This document shows positions 40,171 through 53,397 of a DNA stretch of 64,000 nucleotides, in pieces. The notes beneath the pieces were generated by a model. It made no database searches, was not told where the DNA came from, and was given only the letters and a program-made list of their open reading frames with translations. The number at the start of each line of letters is the position of its first letter. The stretch's first letter is position 1. Source of the stretch: Octopus bimaculoides (lineage: Eukaryota); contig NC_068981.1 in assembly GCF_001194135.2 (NCBI RefSeq), forward strand, positions 120,656,117 to 120,720,116. Direction: 5' to 3'. The position numbers and the translations under genes are program-made.

Positions 40171-40779
40171 TATATGTTGACAGATATTCTTACAACAGAT
40201 AATAATTTACTTACCCATTCCTTCTTTCTTTGATGGATGATATTTAACTCCCGGCTAACTGTAATAGGGGAACCTTATGATCAAGAGCATTGTGGCTGTT
40301 TTTTTCCCCCAGATGATTGTGGAGCATGGACAGCGTTGTGCAATGTGTCCCTTTTTTTTTAAAGATAGCAGTGTGTGATTTGAATGTAGATTTGACTGCT
40401 GTTTCTAGCACTGGAATATATAAATAGCAAATTTGAAAATATCTGTCTCTATATTTGAGACAAATGAAAGAAATTCTGCCTTGCCCCCTTTCCTACATAT
40501 AGAAATTGCCAAATTCTTGCCGACTGTCTGTCAATCGCTGTTCCTCTCAATACTAATTTAATAAGGCAATCAACTCAGATTAAATTCCCAGACCTCCTCT
40601 ATTTGCCCTTTTGATGTTGTATGAAAAAAACAATCTATTCAAAACTCTAACTACATATAGCAACTTAATCAATATTGCTGCAAGTGAATCTGTTTTCTTT
40701 TTTTTTTCTCTTTTTCTATAGAATATAGCATACATTTGGTGGAATAGAATAGAATAAATGTAATGGAATAGTACAGCAT

Positions 40780-41365
40780 AAAAGTGGTGGAATGGTATGA
40801 CAGCATAGTATAATTGTGTTTGAATACTATAGCAAAATTTTGTGAAAGAGTACAACTTGAATGTAGTGAAATACTATTGAATACCATAGCATTATAGTGT
40901 AAATATTGTGAAATATTATCGTAATATAGAATAAATATTATGAAATATTATCGTAATATAGAATAAATATTGAAAAATGAAATAGCATAGTAATGTAGTA
41001 TAAATATTGTGGAATATTTTAGCAGTGTGTTATAAATATCATGGAAAATTTTAGCAATGTAGTATACATATTGTGGAATAGAATATCATAGCAGGATAGA
41101 TAGTGTAAGTATTCTACAATGGAATGTTATAATAGTATAACATAAATGTTGTGTAGTATTGTAACAAAATAATCTATATATTGAGGAATATCATCACAAA
41201 ACATCATTAAAATTGTGGAAAGGAATATCGTAGCAGTATAATATAAATATTGTGGAATATCATCTAAGTACAACATTAATGTTGTGGAAGTGAATAGTAT
41301 GGTAGTATAGTATAAATATTGTAGAATGAAATATCATTGTAAGATAACATAAATATTGTGAAATA
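40780..41365. repeat. Degenerate AT-rich minisatellite (about 30-37 bp units built on aaatattgtggaatat...tagcatagtata)
   Basis: Recurring aaatattgtg(g/a)aatat, with one near-exact 30-bp tandem duplication at about 40903-40970. Confidence 0.75.
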
Positions 41366-41369
41366 TGGT

Positions 41370-43380
41370 TCTTGCTTGCTTCATGCTCTTGCTTGGTGGG
41401 GCTGGGGTCATCCCAGTTTAGTGGTCTCAGAGGCATCATCGTGCATAGAGCCAACCATATTCACCCGTGCTCCCCATTGCTGGTGGTCCTGTGCCAGCGC
41501 CACTGCATCCTCCAAGATGACATTGAGACTCTGGAGATCTTCCTTAATCACATCCAGTCATCTTGTGCAAGGCTTGCCACGAGTCCTCTTCCAGCCTGCA
41601 GCTGCTTCGCTGAATGAGAGTAAGGCCCTGGTAGCATGATCTGGAGAGAGGCAGTGGACATGTCCATTTCTGTGTATGCAGCAGATAACTATGAAGTGGG
41701 AGGCTGTGGGCTGATGTATGCAGTTCTTCGTTGGAAATGTGATGGTACCATCTGACATTCTTGATGGTTCTCAGTGCTCTGTATTGAGAGGACCAACGCA
41801 TTGTAGATGCAGAACTTTGTCTTCTGAGATATAGAACAGTGGCACCAGAGGGGCTTCCATTGGGAGTATATGACCCTGGTGACTGGACCATATCTGCGGT
41901 TGATCTCTGGGGTCAAGTCTCCATTGTTGGAGACTGTGGATCCCAGGTAGATGAAGGAGCTGACAAACTCCTTGAAATTGGGCTCAATATGGAGTGGAGG
42001 AGGATCCAGGCCAACATCCATCAGCTTGGTCTTCACCCAACTTAGCTGAAGGCTTAATTTTGCTGATTACTTTCAGTAAATGGTCAGTGCACCTCTGAGC
42101 TGGTTGATCAAGTTGTTGAATAGCGTAGTATCATCTTCATACTCTAGTTTTGTAAGGTGGTAGTTCCAGAAGTTGATGCCTAAAATTTGCTCATAGATCT
42201 TGGTTATTGGATAATCGATGACACAGTTGAAAAGGTCAGGTGTAGCCACACAGTCCTATCTAACACCGTTGTTGATGGCGAACTAGTCGGAGTCCTTCCT
42301 GTTCTCCAGTATGCAGCCCTCAGCACTGCCATAAACCCATTGGAACAGGGTGGTGTTCTTGGGAGGCTTGCTGATGAGCTTGAAAATTTTCCAAAGGGTT
42401 GTGTGGTCGACTGTGTTGAATGCTGCCTTGAGGTTGACAAAAGTAATGTAGAGGTGGTGATCCTTGCAGAACTCCCGAGATCTTTCAAAAATGAGATTAA
42501 GTGCAAAAATATGGCTAGCTGTAGATTGATTTGGCATGAATCTGGCTTGTTTTGGGTGGCATCTCCTTCTGATGGCAGGAAGAGGATCCTTGTGAAGAGC
42601 CTGCCTGGGATGGAGAAGAGGGTGATGCCCTTATGGTTGTTGCAGAAAAATTTGTCACCCTTCTATTTTCAGAAGGCAGAGCTGATGCCCCGGGTTCAGT
42701 CATTTGGGAGCAGCTCTGACACCTATACATGACTGATGATAAGCATGAGCCACTAGATCATGTTTTTTCTGCCCACTTCCAACATATTCATGGTAATAGT
42801 GCAGATTCTAGGGGCTTTGCAGTTGTTGAGCTTCTTCAGAGCAGTACTGACATCGTCTGGAGTGACAAGATCAAATCTACAAGTGTTGTTGGTTGCAGCT
42901 GTGTCTGTGATGATGGTTAAACTGGGATTGATTGGGTGAAGAAGACAAGTGCTCCTTCCGGTGTCCAAGGTGGGCAGTTTCCATAGTGAAGACGGCCATT
43001 AGTATCCTTCACCAGGGCACAAGCTTTGCAGAGCATGTTGAACTCATGGCTGATGTCACTGTTCCGTGCTGCTGCCTCCAAGCACCCAGCTTCTTCTTTC
43101 CTGCATCTGCAGTAAAATCCAGGGCCATTTGGAAAGAGGTCTTGAGTTTACCAGGACATCACATGCAGACTGGTTGACACATGATTGACAGATCTCCCAG
43201 TTGTCAGTCTCATCCTTGGCCAGGGTGCCGAAGTGATTGGTGATCGAGCAATTGAATGTAGAGGCAATGTTGGGTCATGGAGACAGGTTCCCAAGATTTC
43301 TGTCATTTGACACTTGACAAGTCCTTTTAACCCCTTGAGGGTCATTGGGGCACTGCATCCATGTAGCATATCTAGGGTGA
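41370..43380 (-). mobile_element. RTE-clade LINE remnant (end of APE region, RT, C-terminus, CAAG-type tail); many stops and frameshifts
   Basis: Motifs CNNHKGITLFSIPG, STASHIFALNLIFERSREF, FVNLKAAFNTVDHTTLWK, FIYLGSTVSNNGDLTPEINRR, KTKFCIYNALVLS, HISNEEL, GKPCTR-LDVIKEDL; tail gcatgaagcaagcaag. Confidence 0.88.
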
Positions 43381-44483
43381 GAAAGCCAGGCTAAACTCAT
43401 TTCTACAGCTGAGTTGACTGGAGCAATGTGAAATGAAGTGTTTTGCTCAAGAATGCAATAGATCACCTAGTCAAGGGATTGAAACCACAATCTTACAGCC
43501 GTGAATCCAACATCCTAACCACTAAGCGATGCATTACTCATTTCTGCAGCTGAATTGTCTGGAGCTACATGAAGTGAAGTATCTTGCTCAAGAACATAAC
43601 GCATCACCTGGTCCAGAAATCAAAACCACAATTTTACAATCGTGAGTCCAACACCCTAACTACTAAGCCACATGCCTCCATCTATCATTAGTGGAAGATA
43701 AAAATATCATGGAAGAAGGCACAGTTAGTTAATTACCAGTCCCACTATTTGGTAGGTACTTATTCCATTGACCTGATTGACTCTGTCTTTCATTGCCTTT
43801 CTCCTTCCTCCCTCGCTTTCTCCTTCCTCCTTCGCTTTCTCCTTCCTCCCTCTCATAAATAATATTGATCTCTAAACATAGGCACAAGGCCACAGATTAT
43901 GGAGGTTTGGAGTGGAGATGGTGATTAGTCGATTTTATTGAGCTAGTATTTGACTGTTATTTTTTTTTTTGTTTATTAAGAGAAAGTCAGATATAGATAG
44001 ATATAGTTAGTTAAGTTGTAAAATTATCAGCAAGTTACATTGATTTTTCGTATCTGAAACCTGTTTCTCTTACATTTTATTTTTTTTGTTTCATCCTCCT
44101 CTCTTAATCTCTAAACAAAGCTTGTAAATTCAGTTTTGATGGATATTTCCTAAATAACAGAATATCTGAAGTAAACTGAGTTTTTTTCTTTTTTTTTTTT
44201 TGGTTTTGTTTTGTATTGTAATTTGCTTCTTTTTTTTTTCCCTTGCACTCTACTCCACCAACCTTTCTTTGACTTGCATGATCTATAGCTGTGTAGGCGT
44301 GTGGGTGTTTTTGATGTGAGTGAGTGTGTGTGATGTATTTGAGTGTGTGCAGGAAAGAGAGAGGAGGAGAAGGACGATTTAAAAATTTTCTGCAAGTTTT
44401 ATGGCTTCTTTTCTTTTTATTTATTGCTGTTGCTGATGTTTCAAAATGTAATTAAGCTTTAAGATAATGTGAAAGCCTGAAGA

Positions 44484-44656
44484 NNNNNNNNNNNNNNNNN
44501 NNNNNNNNNNNNNNNNNNNNNNNNNNNNNNNNNNNNNNNNNNNNNNNNNNNNNNNNNNNNNNNNNNNNNNNNNNNNNNNNNNNNNNNNNNNNNNNNNNNN
44601 NNNNNNNNNNNNNNNNNNNNNNNNNNNNNNNNNNNNNNNNNNNNNNNNNNNNNNNN
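44484..44656. other. Assembly gap (N run)
   Basis: Run of N. Confidence 0.99.
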
Positions 44657-44902
44657 ACTGATGTAATATGATAGTGGTGAGTGGGTGGGTGGGGGTGGGG
44701 CTGTAGTGATAGTATGTGGAGGTGTATGGTAGTGTGTAGTGGTATATGATTGATCTATCTATCTATTTATCATCATCATCATCATAATCATCATTTAGCA
44801 TACGTTTTCCATGCTAGCATGGGTTGGATGGTTTGACTGAAAACTGGTTAGCTGAGGAGCTGCACCAGATTTCAGTCTAATTTGGCATGGTTTCTACAGC
44901 CA

Positions 44903-45305
44903 ACCCCTCTTGTCCATCATAGTCCTCCAAGCAATGACAGAGGAATTTAAGACAGGCTGCCCTTGGAGCTCTTCTATGCAGATGACCTTGTCCTTATAGC
45001 TGAATCTCTACCAGAACTGGCGAAGAAATTTCAGGCATTGAAGCAAGGTCTAGAATCAAAGGGCCTTAGGGTTAATCTAGCAAAAACCAAAGTTTTAGTA
45101 AATAGGGGAGCAGATAAATCACAAGTCCCTTCAAGTAGATGACACCGTTCGATCTGTAGAAAAGGTGTTGGTAGTAACTCCATAAAATGCACCCGGTGTA
45201 AGTTATGGACACACAAGAGGTGCAGCAATATCAGAGAAAGGTTAACAGGGAAAATGGTTTTTGTTTGTGGAAGGTGCACAGGTACAACAAACACTAAAAA
45301 TGCGT
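44903..45305 (+). mobile_element. RTE-type LINE fragment: RT YADD region followed by a Cys/His zinc-finger insert
   Basis: GCP(W)ELFYADDLVLIAES...GLESKGLRVNLAKTKVL...SICRKGVGSNSIKCTRCKLWTHKRCS...FVCGRC, one frameshift and one stop. Confidence 0.85.
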
Positions 45306-46346
45306 TACAGTCTCCTTTCTTTGACTTACTTCATGTGCAGTTGTAGATTGATGTCTTGCAAGCAGTATCTTTTGTTTCCAATTTTCTATGAAATCATGTC
45401 CGGTTATGGGAAAGTATTACTTTGATTGAAAATAAGTGAGGGTTGGTGACAGGAAGGGCATCTGACTGTAGAAAATCTGCCTTAACAAAATTCTCTCCAA
45501 CCCAAGCAAGCAGAGAATTGTGGACATTAAAATGCTGCTGCTGATGATGATGATATGTGTTACAATGTGATTGTGTTGTAAATTTTAGTGGCGTTGAGAT
45601 TGAATGACCCCTAGCTTTGTGCTTTCTGAATTTACAATAATGGCAACACACTTACGTGAGAAGATCTGGGATTGGCTATAATAAACATTCAGGACTTGGG
45701 TTTTTATTTTAATTTGAAAATAAGGAAAATCTGAAATGTTTTGAGATAAGAGAATTTCTCCATATACATGTATCATTTTGTAGCACATAAAGTACCATAA
45801 CCAAGATTTGAAAAGCATTGCTCTAACTACAAAGATAGCCGTGGTTCCTTAATTTCACTACTAATCACTTCATCTTTCTTCTCTTCTTCATAGGTGTGTC
45901 TTTCCCCTTTGAGATGTTGAGTAGTGGTAGTGTGGAAAGCTTCCAATTGAAATGTAAACAAAATTGTGCATGTATAAACCCAGGCATGGCTGGGCTGCAA
46001 TACTAAAATAATTCAAGGTAGTTTTTCTCTAGGTGTGCCATTCAGAAAGTACCTTGGGCTGCAGTTTGCCCATGATTGGTATAACCCATTTGTGTGATGG
46101 TACCAAACTTATAGATTGACAATAATTACTAGGGTAGGGAAATGTTAACATATTAAAAAGTAAACTTCTGCTTTTGGGAGAGATATGTAAACAAATATAG
46201 GTTGTGTGGTAAGAAACTTGCTTTCTAACCACATGGTTCTGGGTTTGGTCCCACTGCATAGTAAATTGGGAAAGTGTCTTCTACAATAGCCTCACACTGA
46301 CCAAAGCCTTGTGAGTGGATTTAGATGGAAACTGAAAGAAACCTGT

Positions 46347-46391
<45 letters not shown>

Positions 46392-47757
46392 GTATGTGTG
46401 TGTGTGTGTATGCATACATTTATATATATATATATAGTTAAATTTATAGAAAAACAAAAGATGAAGACATGTGTATGAACAATAAGCAAATGTATTAGTT
46501 TGACACTTGGGAAAAGTGAAAACGTTTTTTACATTTCTGGCCTACGCTCTTCAACAGAAAGCAATAGAGAAAATAAAGAGAGAGAAAGTGGAAAAACTTG
46601 TAGATTTCAGCGGTCCAGCATGGCAAATGACTGGAAAAAAAAGAGGTTAAAAGAAAGGGAGATAATAACGTGTTAGTGATCCCAAAAAGAGAAGGTGCAT
46701 GTGTGTGTGAGAATGGTGTATGTGTGTATGAATAGGGAAGAGTGACTCTGACGTGTGTAATGTGTGTGTGTGTCTCTCTCTCTCTCTTCAGCAAAAAGAA
46801 ACTAATAGAACAAGGCAGTGAGCTGGCAGAAATGTTAGCACGCCGGGCAAATGCTTAGCAGTATTTCGTCTGCTGTTACGTTCTGAGTTCAAATTCAGCT
46901 GAGGTTGACTTAGCCTTTCATCCTTTCAGGGTCAATAAATTAAGTACCAGTTACGCACTGGGGTCGATAAATTAAGTGCAAGTTACGCACTGGAGTCAAT
47001 GTAATCGACTTAACCCCTTTGTCTGTCCTTGTTTGTCCCCTCTATGTTTAGCCCCTTGTGGGCAATAAGGAAATAAAAAACTTATAGAATAAGTACCAAA
47101 CTTAAAAAAAAATATAGAAGTACCAGAGTTGATTCATTTGACTAAAAGTTCTTTAAGGTGGTGCCCCAGCCTGGCCACAGTCAAATGATTGAAATGAGTA
47201 AAAGATTATGGAGCCTAATTTCATAATAAGTTTCAATACTTATTCTTTTATTCTTTTCATTGTTTCAGTCATTTGACTGTGGCGAAGCTGGAGCACTGCC
47301 TTAAAGAGTTTTGTAGTTAAAGAAATCAACCTCAGGACTTATTCTTTGTAAGCCTAGCATTTATTCTATCAGTCACTTTTGCCAAACTGCTAAGTTATGG
47401 GGACATAAACATACCAGCATTGGTTGTCAAGCGATGGTGGTGGTGTTAAACTCAGACAAATATACATACATATATATAAGCACACACACACACACACATG
47501 ATGGGTTTGGATGATCTTTTATTATTTTATTCCTTTGTCTCTTCCAGCCTGTCTGCTGCAGCCATCCTTGGTGCCACCTTCAATATTACTTTCATTTTGA
47601 CTTTCCTTCTATGGAAAGTTCTTGGTGAATGAGAGAGTTTGATGCTCTTACCTTCATTAGTGTTTCTTGGCTGATGTTCATTTATCTGGGATCTTTGATA
47701 GAAATCTATTGTTAAGGGGTTTCTTAAAAACTCCTATATCTGTTCCATGTAGACTCT

Positions 47758-47985
47758 CTAACCCTTTAGCATTCAGATTTTTTTGTCAAATATGAAAGTT
47801 ATTTGTTCGCATTGTTTTGAATTAATCATGCATTATCTTCTGGCTTCAAGCTTTCAACAACACCATTATATATCTTTAGAATGGCATTGTAGGGGAGGTG
47901 TGAGAGGTTGGGTCTGGCCAGTTTTAGCATAAAATGCATAGAATATTAGGGCTGGTTATGGCCAGTTTAAATGCTAAAGGGCTAA
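47758..47985. mobile_element. Second TTAA-type MITE family (other copies about 3820-4057, 4995-5090, 28435-28660)
   Basis: taaCCCTTTAGCATT ... AATGCTAAAGGGctaa TIRs; shared core tttagaatgacattgtaggg. Confidence 0.75.
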
Positions 47986-48487
47986 AGCATTTTGGTAAGA
48001 TATTGAAGTGTTGTGGCCTTTGAAACCAAAGTTGTAGTAACTGGTCCTAACTTTAGATGAGAAGGGTAGGATCTTTGGTGCTATGAAGTGGTGTCAATGT
48101 AGCTTTCATTGCCAAAGTGTGCTGCTAGACTCTCTAAGATCTTCCATCTATATTTTACTGCATATCTTATATGTCTTCACCCAGGAGAGTACAGCTTCAC
48201 TTTTTTCAGCCTTTCCAAGCAACTCATCTATTACACTCAAGCAATCTTCTTGGATGTAACAGTGTTGGATTACTTCAAGATTGCTTTTAGTGTGATATTA
48301 TTTGGCGACTATAATTAGGAACAATAGTTCAGATGACTAAGAATGTTTTCCACAGTATCAACCTAGTTTCCGCTTTTGTTGTTCTGAATGATTTCAGGAT
48401 CCATCCTATCAACAACCTACACATCAGTGTATGACCTAGGAATCAATATTAGTAATGCTGCATCATTCTATTCATTTGATAACTGCA

Positions 48488-49610
48488 TAGGATGATGCAT
48501 CATTTCTCACTATGATTTCCAGTTTCCACACTGATGTGACTTTGGTATTGCAATCTCTCCCAATCTTGTGTTTCTAAATTATAATATATCTTTTGGCTGA
48601 TAACTGAGTGCTTGACATTTTCCAGCATTGAATTACTAGTTGCTTTCTTTAACCCATTTGTATATTGCATTTGTGGAGGCGCAATGGCCCAGTGGTTAGA
48701 GCAGTGGACTCGCGGTCATAGGATCGCGGTTTTGATTCCCAGACCGGGCGTTGTGAGTGTTTATTGAGCGAAAACACCTAAAGCTCCACGAGGCTCCGGC
48801 AGGGGATGGTGGCGAATCCTGCTGTACTTTTTCACCACAATTTTCTCTCACAGAGCAAACAAAAATAGTCCCAAAACAGGATTCCACTTGGAACTGATGT
48901 CCCCTTAGAGAGGGTGACGGCCACAATTGCTTGACATTTAATTTTTAAAAACATTGTGCAGTCACTTACCTGGTTTTCCAGATATGCCTGGATAACAAAG
49001 TTTATAGTATATCATTCGCCTTTCTGAAGGTTTTTGCAAACGAAAGATAGATATCACATCGACATTTAAATGAGTGAAAGTTTTCAATACTGAGTCATAA
49101 CGTTGTAGATATGTAAGGCAGCATGCCACCCCCATTCAGAAGTTGCATTGGTTTTTCTTCCAAGAATGTAATCAATTTTTCTCTAATAATTTATTCCATA
49201 ACTTTCCTGATACGTGAAGTAAGAGGATATTTGCTCTTTTTTACATTATGTATAGAGCATATGTCTTCTTCAAATTTTTTTGTAGGGAGTGTACCACATG
49301 CATAGAAGCATTGGGAAAATACATGCTATGGCTTTTGTTACATCCTTTTTACATGATTTATGGGGAATCTTTCAAGGCTTGTTACTGAGTTCAAGCCCAT
49401 TTTATCTATGACTAATATTACATCTTTGCAGAATCCAACATGATGGATTACACATTATTTTCCTTGGTCACACTGAAATTCATGTGGTTCTGCTATTGGT
49501 TTTTCCTTGTGCCTACCTGTATAATTACAAGAAGCTCTACATTCAAAACCTTCTGCAATGGGGATAATGTTGGTACATATTCTGTTGCCTTACAGATTTG
49601 TCCAATATTT
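48488..49610 (-). mobile_element. Decayed CR1-like LINE RT remnant, interrupted by a younger SINE at 48675-48851
   Basis: Degenerate NSVTSLERFP (NSAxGPDGFP), YPLTSRIRKVME-IIREKLITFLEE, NVDVI, PGISGKPGK-LHN, VPSGI..VLG, AIYKWVKESN-FNAGKCQAL, SV-KLEIIVRNDAS. Confidence 0.65.
48675..48851 (+). mobile_element. Young tRNA-derived SINE, 5' part (a third family)
   Basis: GGAGGCGCAATGGCCCAGTGGTTAG (A box) ... GGTTTTGATTCCC (B box), CpG-rich, inserted into the CR1 remnant. Confidence 0.8.
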
Positions 49611-49712
49611 TCAAAGGAGCTAAACTCATGTTAGTTGTATTTCCCATGAACTGAAAGGAAATTTATTCATAGTCCAAATCCCTTGGCTACTGGAGATAAA
49701 GTTGGGCAATTC

Positions 49713-49754
49713 TCATACTGATGAAGGCTGTTTAGCCAGAAATCATGTCCATGA
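49713..49754 (+). ncRNA. Degenerate hammerhead ribozyme motif
   Basis: UCAUA-CUGAUGA-A-GGCU(GUUU)AGCC-A-GAAA-UCAUGUC/CAUGA; 4-bp stem I with first pair mismatched, extra bases near the core. Confidence 0.45.
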
Positions 49755-50492
49755 CTGCCCTCTTATTTCCAGAAATGAATCTGTCTTATACTAGTTATCA
49801 AGTGGTGATGGGGGAAAAACACAAAGACACACACACACACGTCAGGCTTCTTTCAGTTTCTGTCTACCAAATCCACTCACAAATCTTCAATATTAGAAGA
49901 CGCTTGCCCAGGGTGCCACACAGTGGGACTGAACCTGGAACCATGTGGTTGAGAAGCAAACTTCTTATCACACAACCACACCTGCATCTATAAAGTTAAA
50001 TATCTTATCTCTTATTTTAAGCATGCCTGTTCCCAACACACACCCAGAAAGAAATTTTGTCTAAATTCATTTGATATACAGTCAGGCTTTGTTCCTTCTC
50101 TCTTATCACATGCATAGTCTTAGTCATAACTGGCTTTACTTCACCAGCGATCTTTTATCTTTTACTTATTTCAGTCATTAGTCCATGGCCATGCTGGGGC
50201 ACTGACTTGTGAAATTTTAGTCACACTAATTGAATCCAGTACTTCTTTTCTTCTTTTTTTTTTTAAAGCCTGGAGCTTATTCTATCAGTCTCTTTTGCTG
50301 AACTGCTAAGTGACAGGGATATAAGCATACCAACACCATTTGTCAAGCAGTGGTGGGAGACAAACACATACACAAAGACACACACATAGATAAATATACG
50401 TACACACACACACACACATTTCAAAATGTAACCACATGTAAATCATTGGCGATTTTCTTCCTCTGTCTTCCTTTTCTATTGGACCTTCCTCT

Positions 50493-50528
50493 GTTTCTGA
50501 AGAAGAGTTCTGCTCGAAACGTTAAAAC
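50493..50528 (+). ncRNA. Minimal hammerhead ribozyme motif
   Basis: GUUU-CUGAAGA-A-GAGU(UCU)GCUC-GAAACGUU/AAAAC; intact core, palindromic ACGU helix III, weak stem I. Confidence 0.6.
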
Positions 50529-52717
50529 CAACTTTCCTTCCCTGAGCATCTGCTAATACTTTACATGTACCATGCCCTCACGTTGTTGTTGTTTTTTTGT
50601 GTTTGTTCTTCATTTTTTGGGGCATTTACTATATAAATATATATATATATACACACACACATACAACAGGCTTCTTTCACTTTCCATTTACCAAATTCAC
50701 TTACAAAGCTTTGGTCAACCTGAAACTATAGTAGAAGACACTTCTCCAAGGTGCCATGCAGTGTAGGACTGAACCCGGAACCATGTGGTTGGGAAGAAAC
50801 TTCTTACCACATAGCCATGTCTCTTCTAAATCTCTTGTTTAGATTCTTTTTTCTAACACAACTGACATGTTACACTGGATTCTCCTTACTTTGTGGGAAT
50901 ACATTTTGTGATAGCTCCTCAAAAATTGTTATTGTTCTTGTTCATATTGCTGTTGTTCCTATTGACTTGCTGCCTTCCTTACAGAAACCACATTGCATCT
51001 TGAACTCTCTTGGGAGATCAACTAATAGTTTGCCGTCTCTGCCTCTACTACGCTTGCTATTTTGATCATGGCCAGTGTTATCATTAGATTTCTCTTTGTT
51101 TTATATTCTGAATGTTTGCTAACACAGTTTTTTTTTTCCTGTTTATTGTTTTTAGCATTTTTTAAAATTTCCAAATATAATAAAATGTTGGCATTGATAT
51201 AATTTCTGGTTAAATAGGCTTAAACTTATTGCTTTTTTAACACTATTATTATTATTATTATTATGATGATTATCATCATAAACATTGTCATCATCATCTT
51301 AGTATCATTGTTGTCATCTCCATCATCATCATCATCATATGATTGTCATTAACATCATCACTATTTTTGTTATCAACTTCATCATCAATACCATCATTAT
51401 TAGTACGGTATGTAGTCACAGGATGCTAGCTTAGATTATGTTCAGTGTGGAGCAGAAACACAGTTGTTAGGGGAAGTTGCATATTTTTACACGAGTACAA
51501 GGTTAGAGAAAGAATGAGGCTGCATGAGGTGTAAAAGTGGAGTTGACAGATAGTGGGATTCATGATGATGGGGAGAGCTAAATGTATTTAAGGATTTAAG
51601 CAGAGACGTCACAGCAGTGAAGTTATTGGAATATCATTTGATAAACTAGACAGAGGGATATATTGGGAAAAATCTAAATTTATTTAAAAAGAACCTGGAA
51701 GAAAAGTAAAATAATGATTAAAACCTTCATGTTCTTGTAAAGATGGGAAAAAGAATGTAATTAATTTTGCACACAGTCATCCAACTCCAGTTGATGACAC
51801 TGTGAGGTTCCTCCATGTGTCGCAGCCTTGTATCATGTTTATCAAGACACTACCATGTAGTCCAGCATCTTCCTCAATAATTTTCTTGAGCAAACATCGA
51901 CCTTCAAAACTGGTTCAGAGATTTTTAACCTGTATAGTTTGTATAATTATAAAACTCAAGTAAGACAATAACATGAATTTAGGAAATTCAGAGAAGTGGT
52001 GATGTATGTCAATCACTACAACACCACAAACCCAAATTTCTAAATCCAAACTATTGGTCTGATTAAGTAATTTCTCTAAACTTCCTCTATGTGCGTGTAG
52101 GGCAGATGAGTGAGTGAATGAATGCATGCATGCATGTGCATTAAGGTAAATTATACATAGTGAACAAAAGACATTGTAGTACCGAGTTACATTCCTTTAA
52201 GCCAAAAAAAAGAAGCTTAGCCATTCAATAAATAATGATCAATAAAATAAGTAAGTACTAGATTAAACAATAGGGCCAATATAATCCACTAAAATTCCTG
52301 AAGGCATTACCCCAGCAACACCACAGTTCAATGATTGAAAAAAGAATAAAAGAATGCAAAATAGAACCACAACAAGGTATTAAGAAAACATTGAAGAAAC
52401 AAAATATCCTCTAATCATTTGGGATGCTACCAAAAACATCCATCTTTATGTCAAATATAAGACAATTCAGTGATGCTAGTCTCTTGGCAAATCAAACACA
52501 CAAGAACATTGTGTAAGTAAGTTATTATTGCTCAATTAAATATTCTATGCTTGGTTAAAATATAATCAAAACAAGGAATCTCAAGTGGATGTCACCACCA
52601 TCAAACTTTGTATACCACAGGAATATCAATGTTCAAATAGTATATGTAGTCTACGACAAACTACAAGATATTTTAAAAGTAGAATAGTGTGCGTGTGCGT
52701 GCGTAAGTTAGTGAGTG

Positions 52718-52860
52718 TACAAGATGGTGTCAAAAAAATTCCTGGACTAGTTCTGCAGCATGCCAACACATGGCAGAATGCAGTTGCATGCACAGTGACA
52801 GCCGATAGTGACCTTCATGAGGCAGTGTGCCGAGTGACATTGCTGTGTTTACTTTGCAAT
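52718..52860 (+). mobile_element. Possible mariner-type 5' terminus / MITE fragment
   Basis: TA-CAAGATGGTGTCAAAAAAATTCCTGGACT resembles mariner TIRs; no partner TIR found. Confidence 0.35.
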
Positions 52861-53397
52861 TTGACTTAAAAGGCAAGCAAGACTGAGCAATGTTTGATAA
52901 ATATTGAGGAATATACTCTTTTAGCTTTCTTTCTCTAATCAACATAGAGTTATGTTGTAACTCATTAGAATATATTTTCAGTTTTTGGAAGTTATGTTTA
53001 GCTGGAAATTCTTATACATTAAAATAAATGTTGTTTTGCAGTTTTTTTAATGTTATGTTAAAACTAAATTGTTTGAAATATATCCAATAAACTTTGCTGC
53101 TAAAACTGCTTTTGTGCTAGCTTATGTGATGCATCCTACAGCCACTAGTTTTAATATTGGTTAAAATTTCTGACAGGCTTTAATAAGTTTTTTACCATAT
53201 ATCTGTTGAAATACACTGCTTTTGTCTTTATTTTGAAATTCATGATAAATTTCATAAAATTACTTTGTCATTATTAAGCTGGTGTTTGGAACATAAATTA
53301 AACTGAAATTTTGATGGAAGTTTTGTAGATCAATTTAAAAAATTGAAATTTCTACTGAAGATCCAGTATGTCTCAGGGTAGGTTGATAGCAAAAGAA

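Noticed and set aside
42187-42732. 181-aa plus-strand ORF (also 60662-61195 and 61885-62325)
   Set aside because: Antisense shadows of decayed LINE coding sequence.
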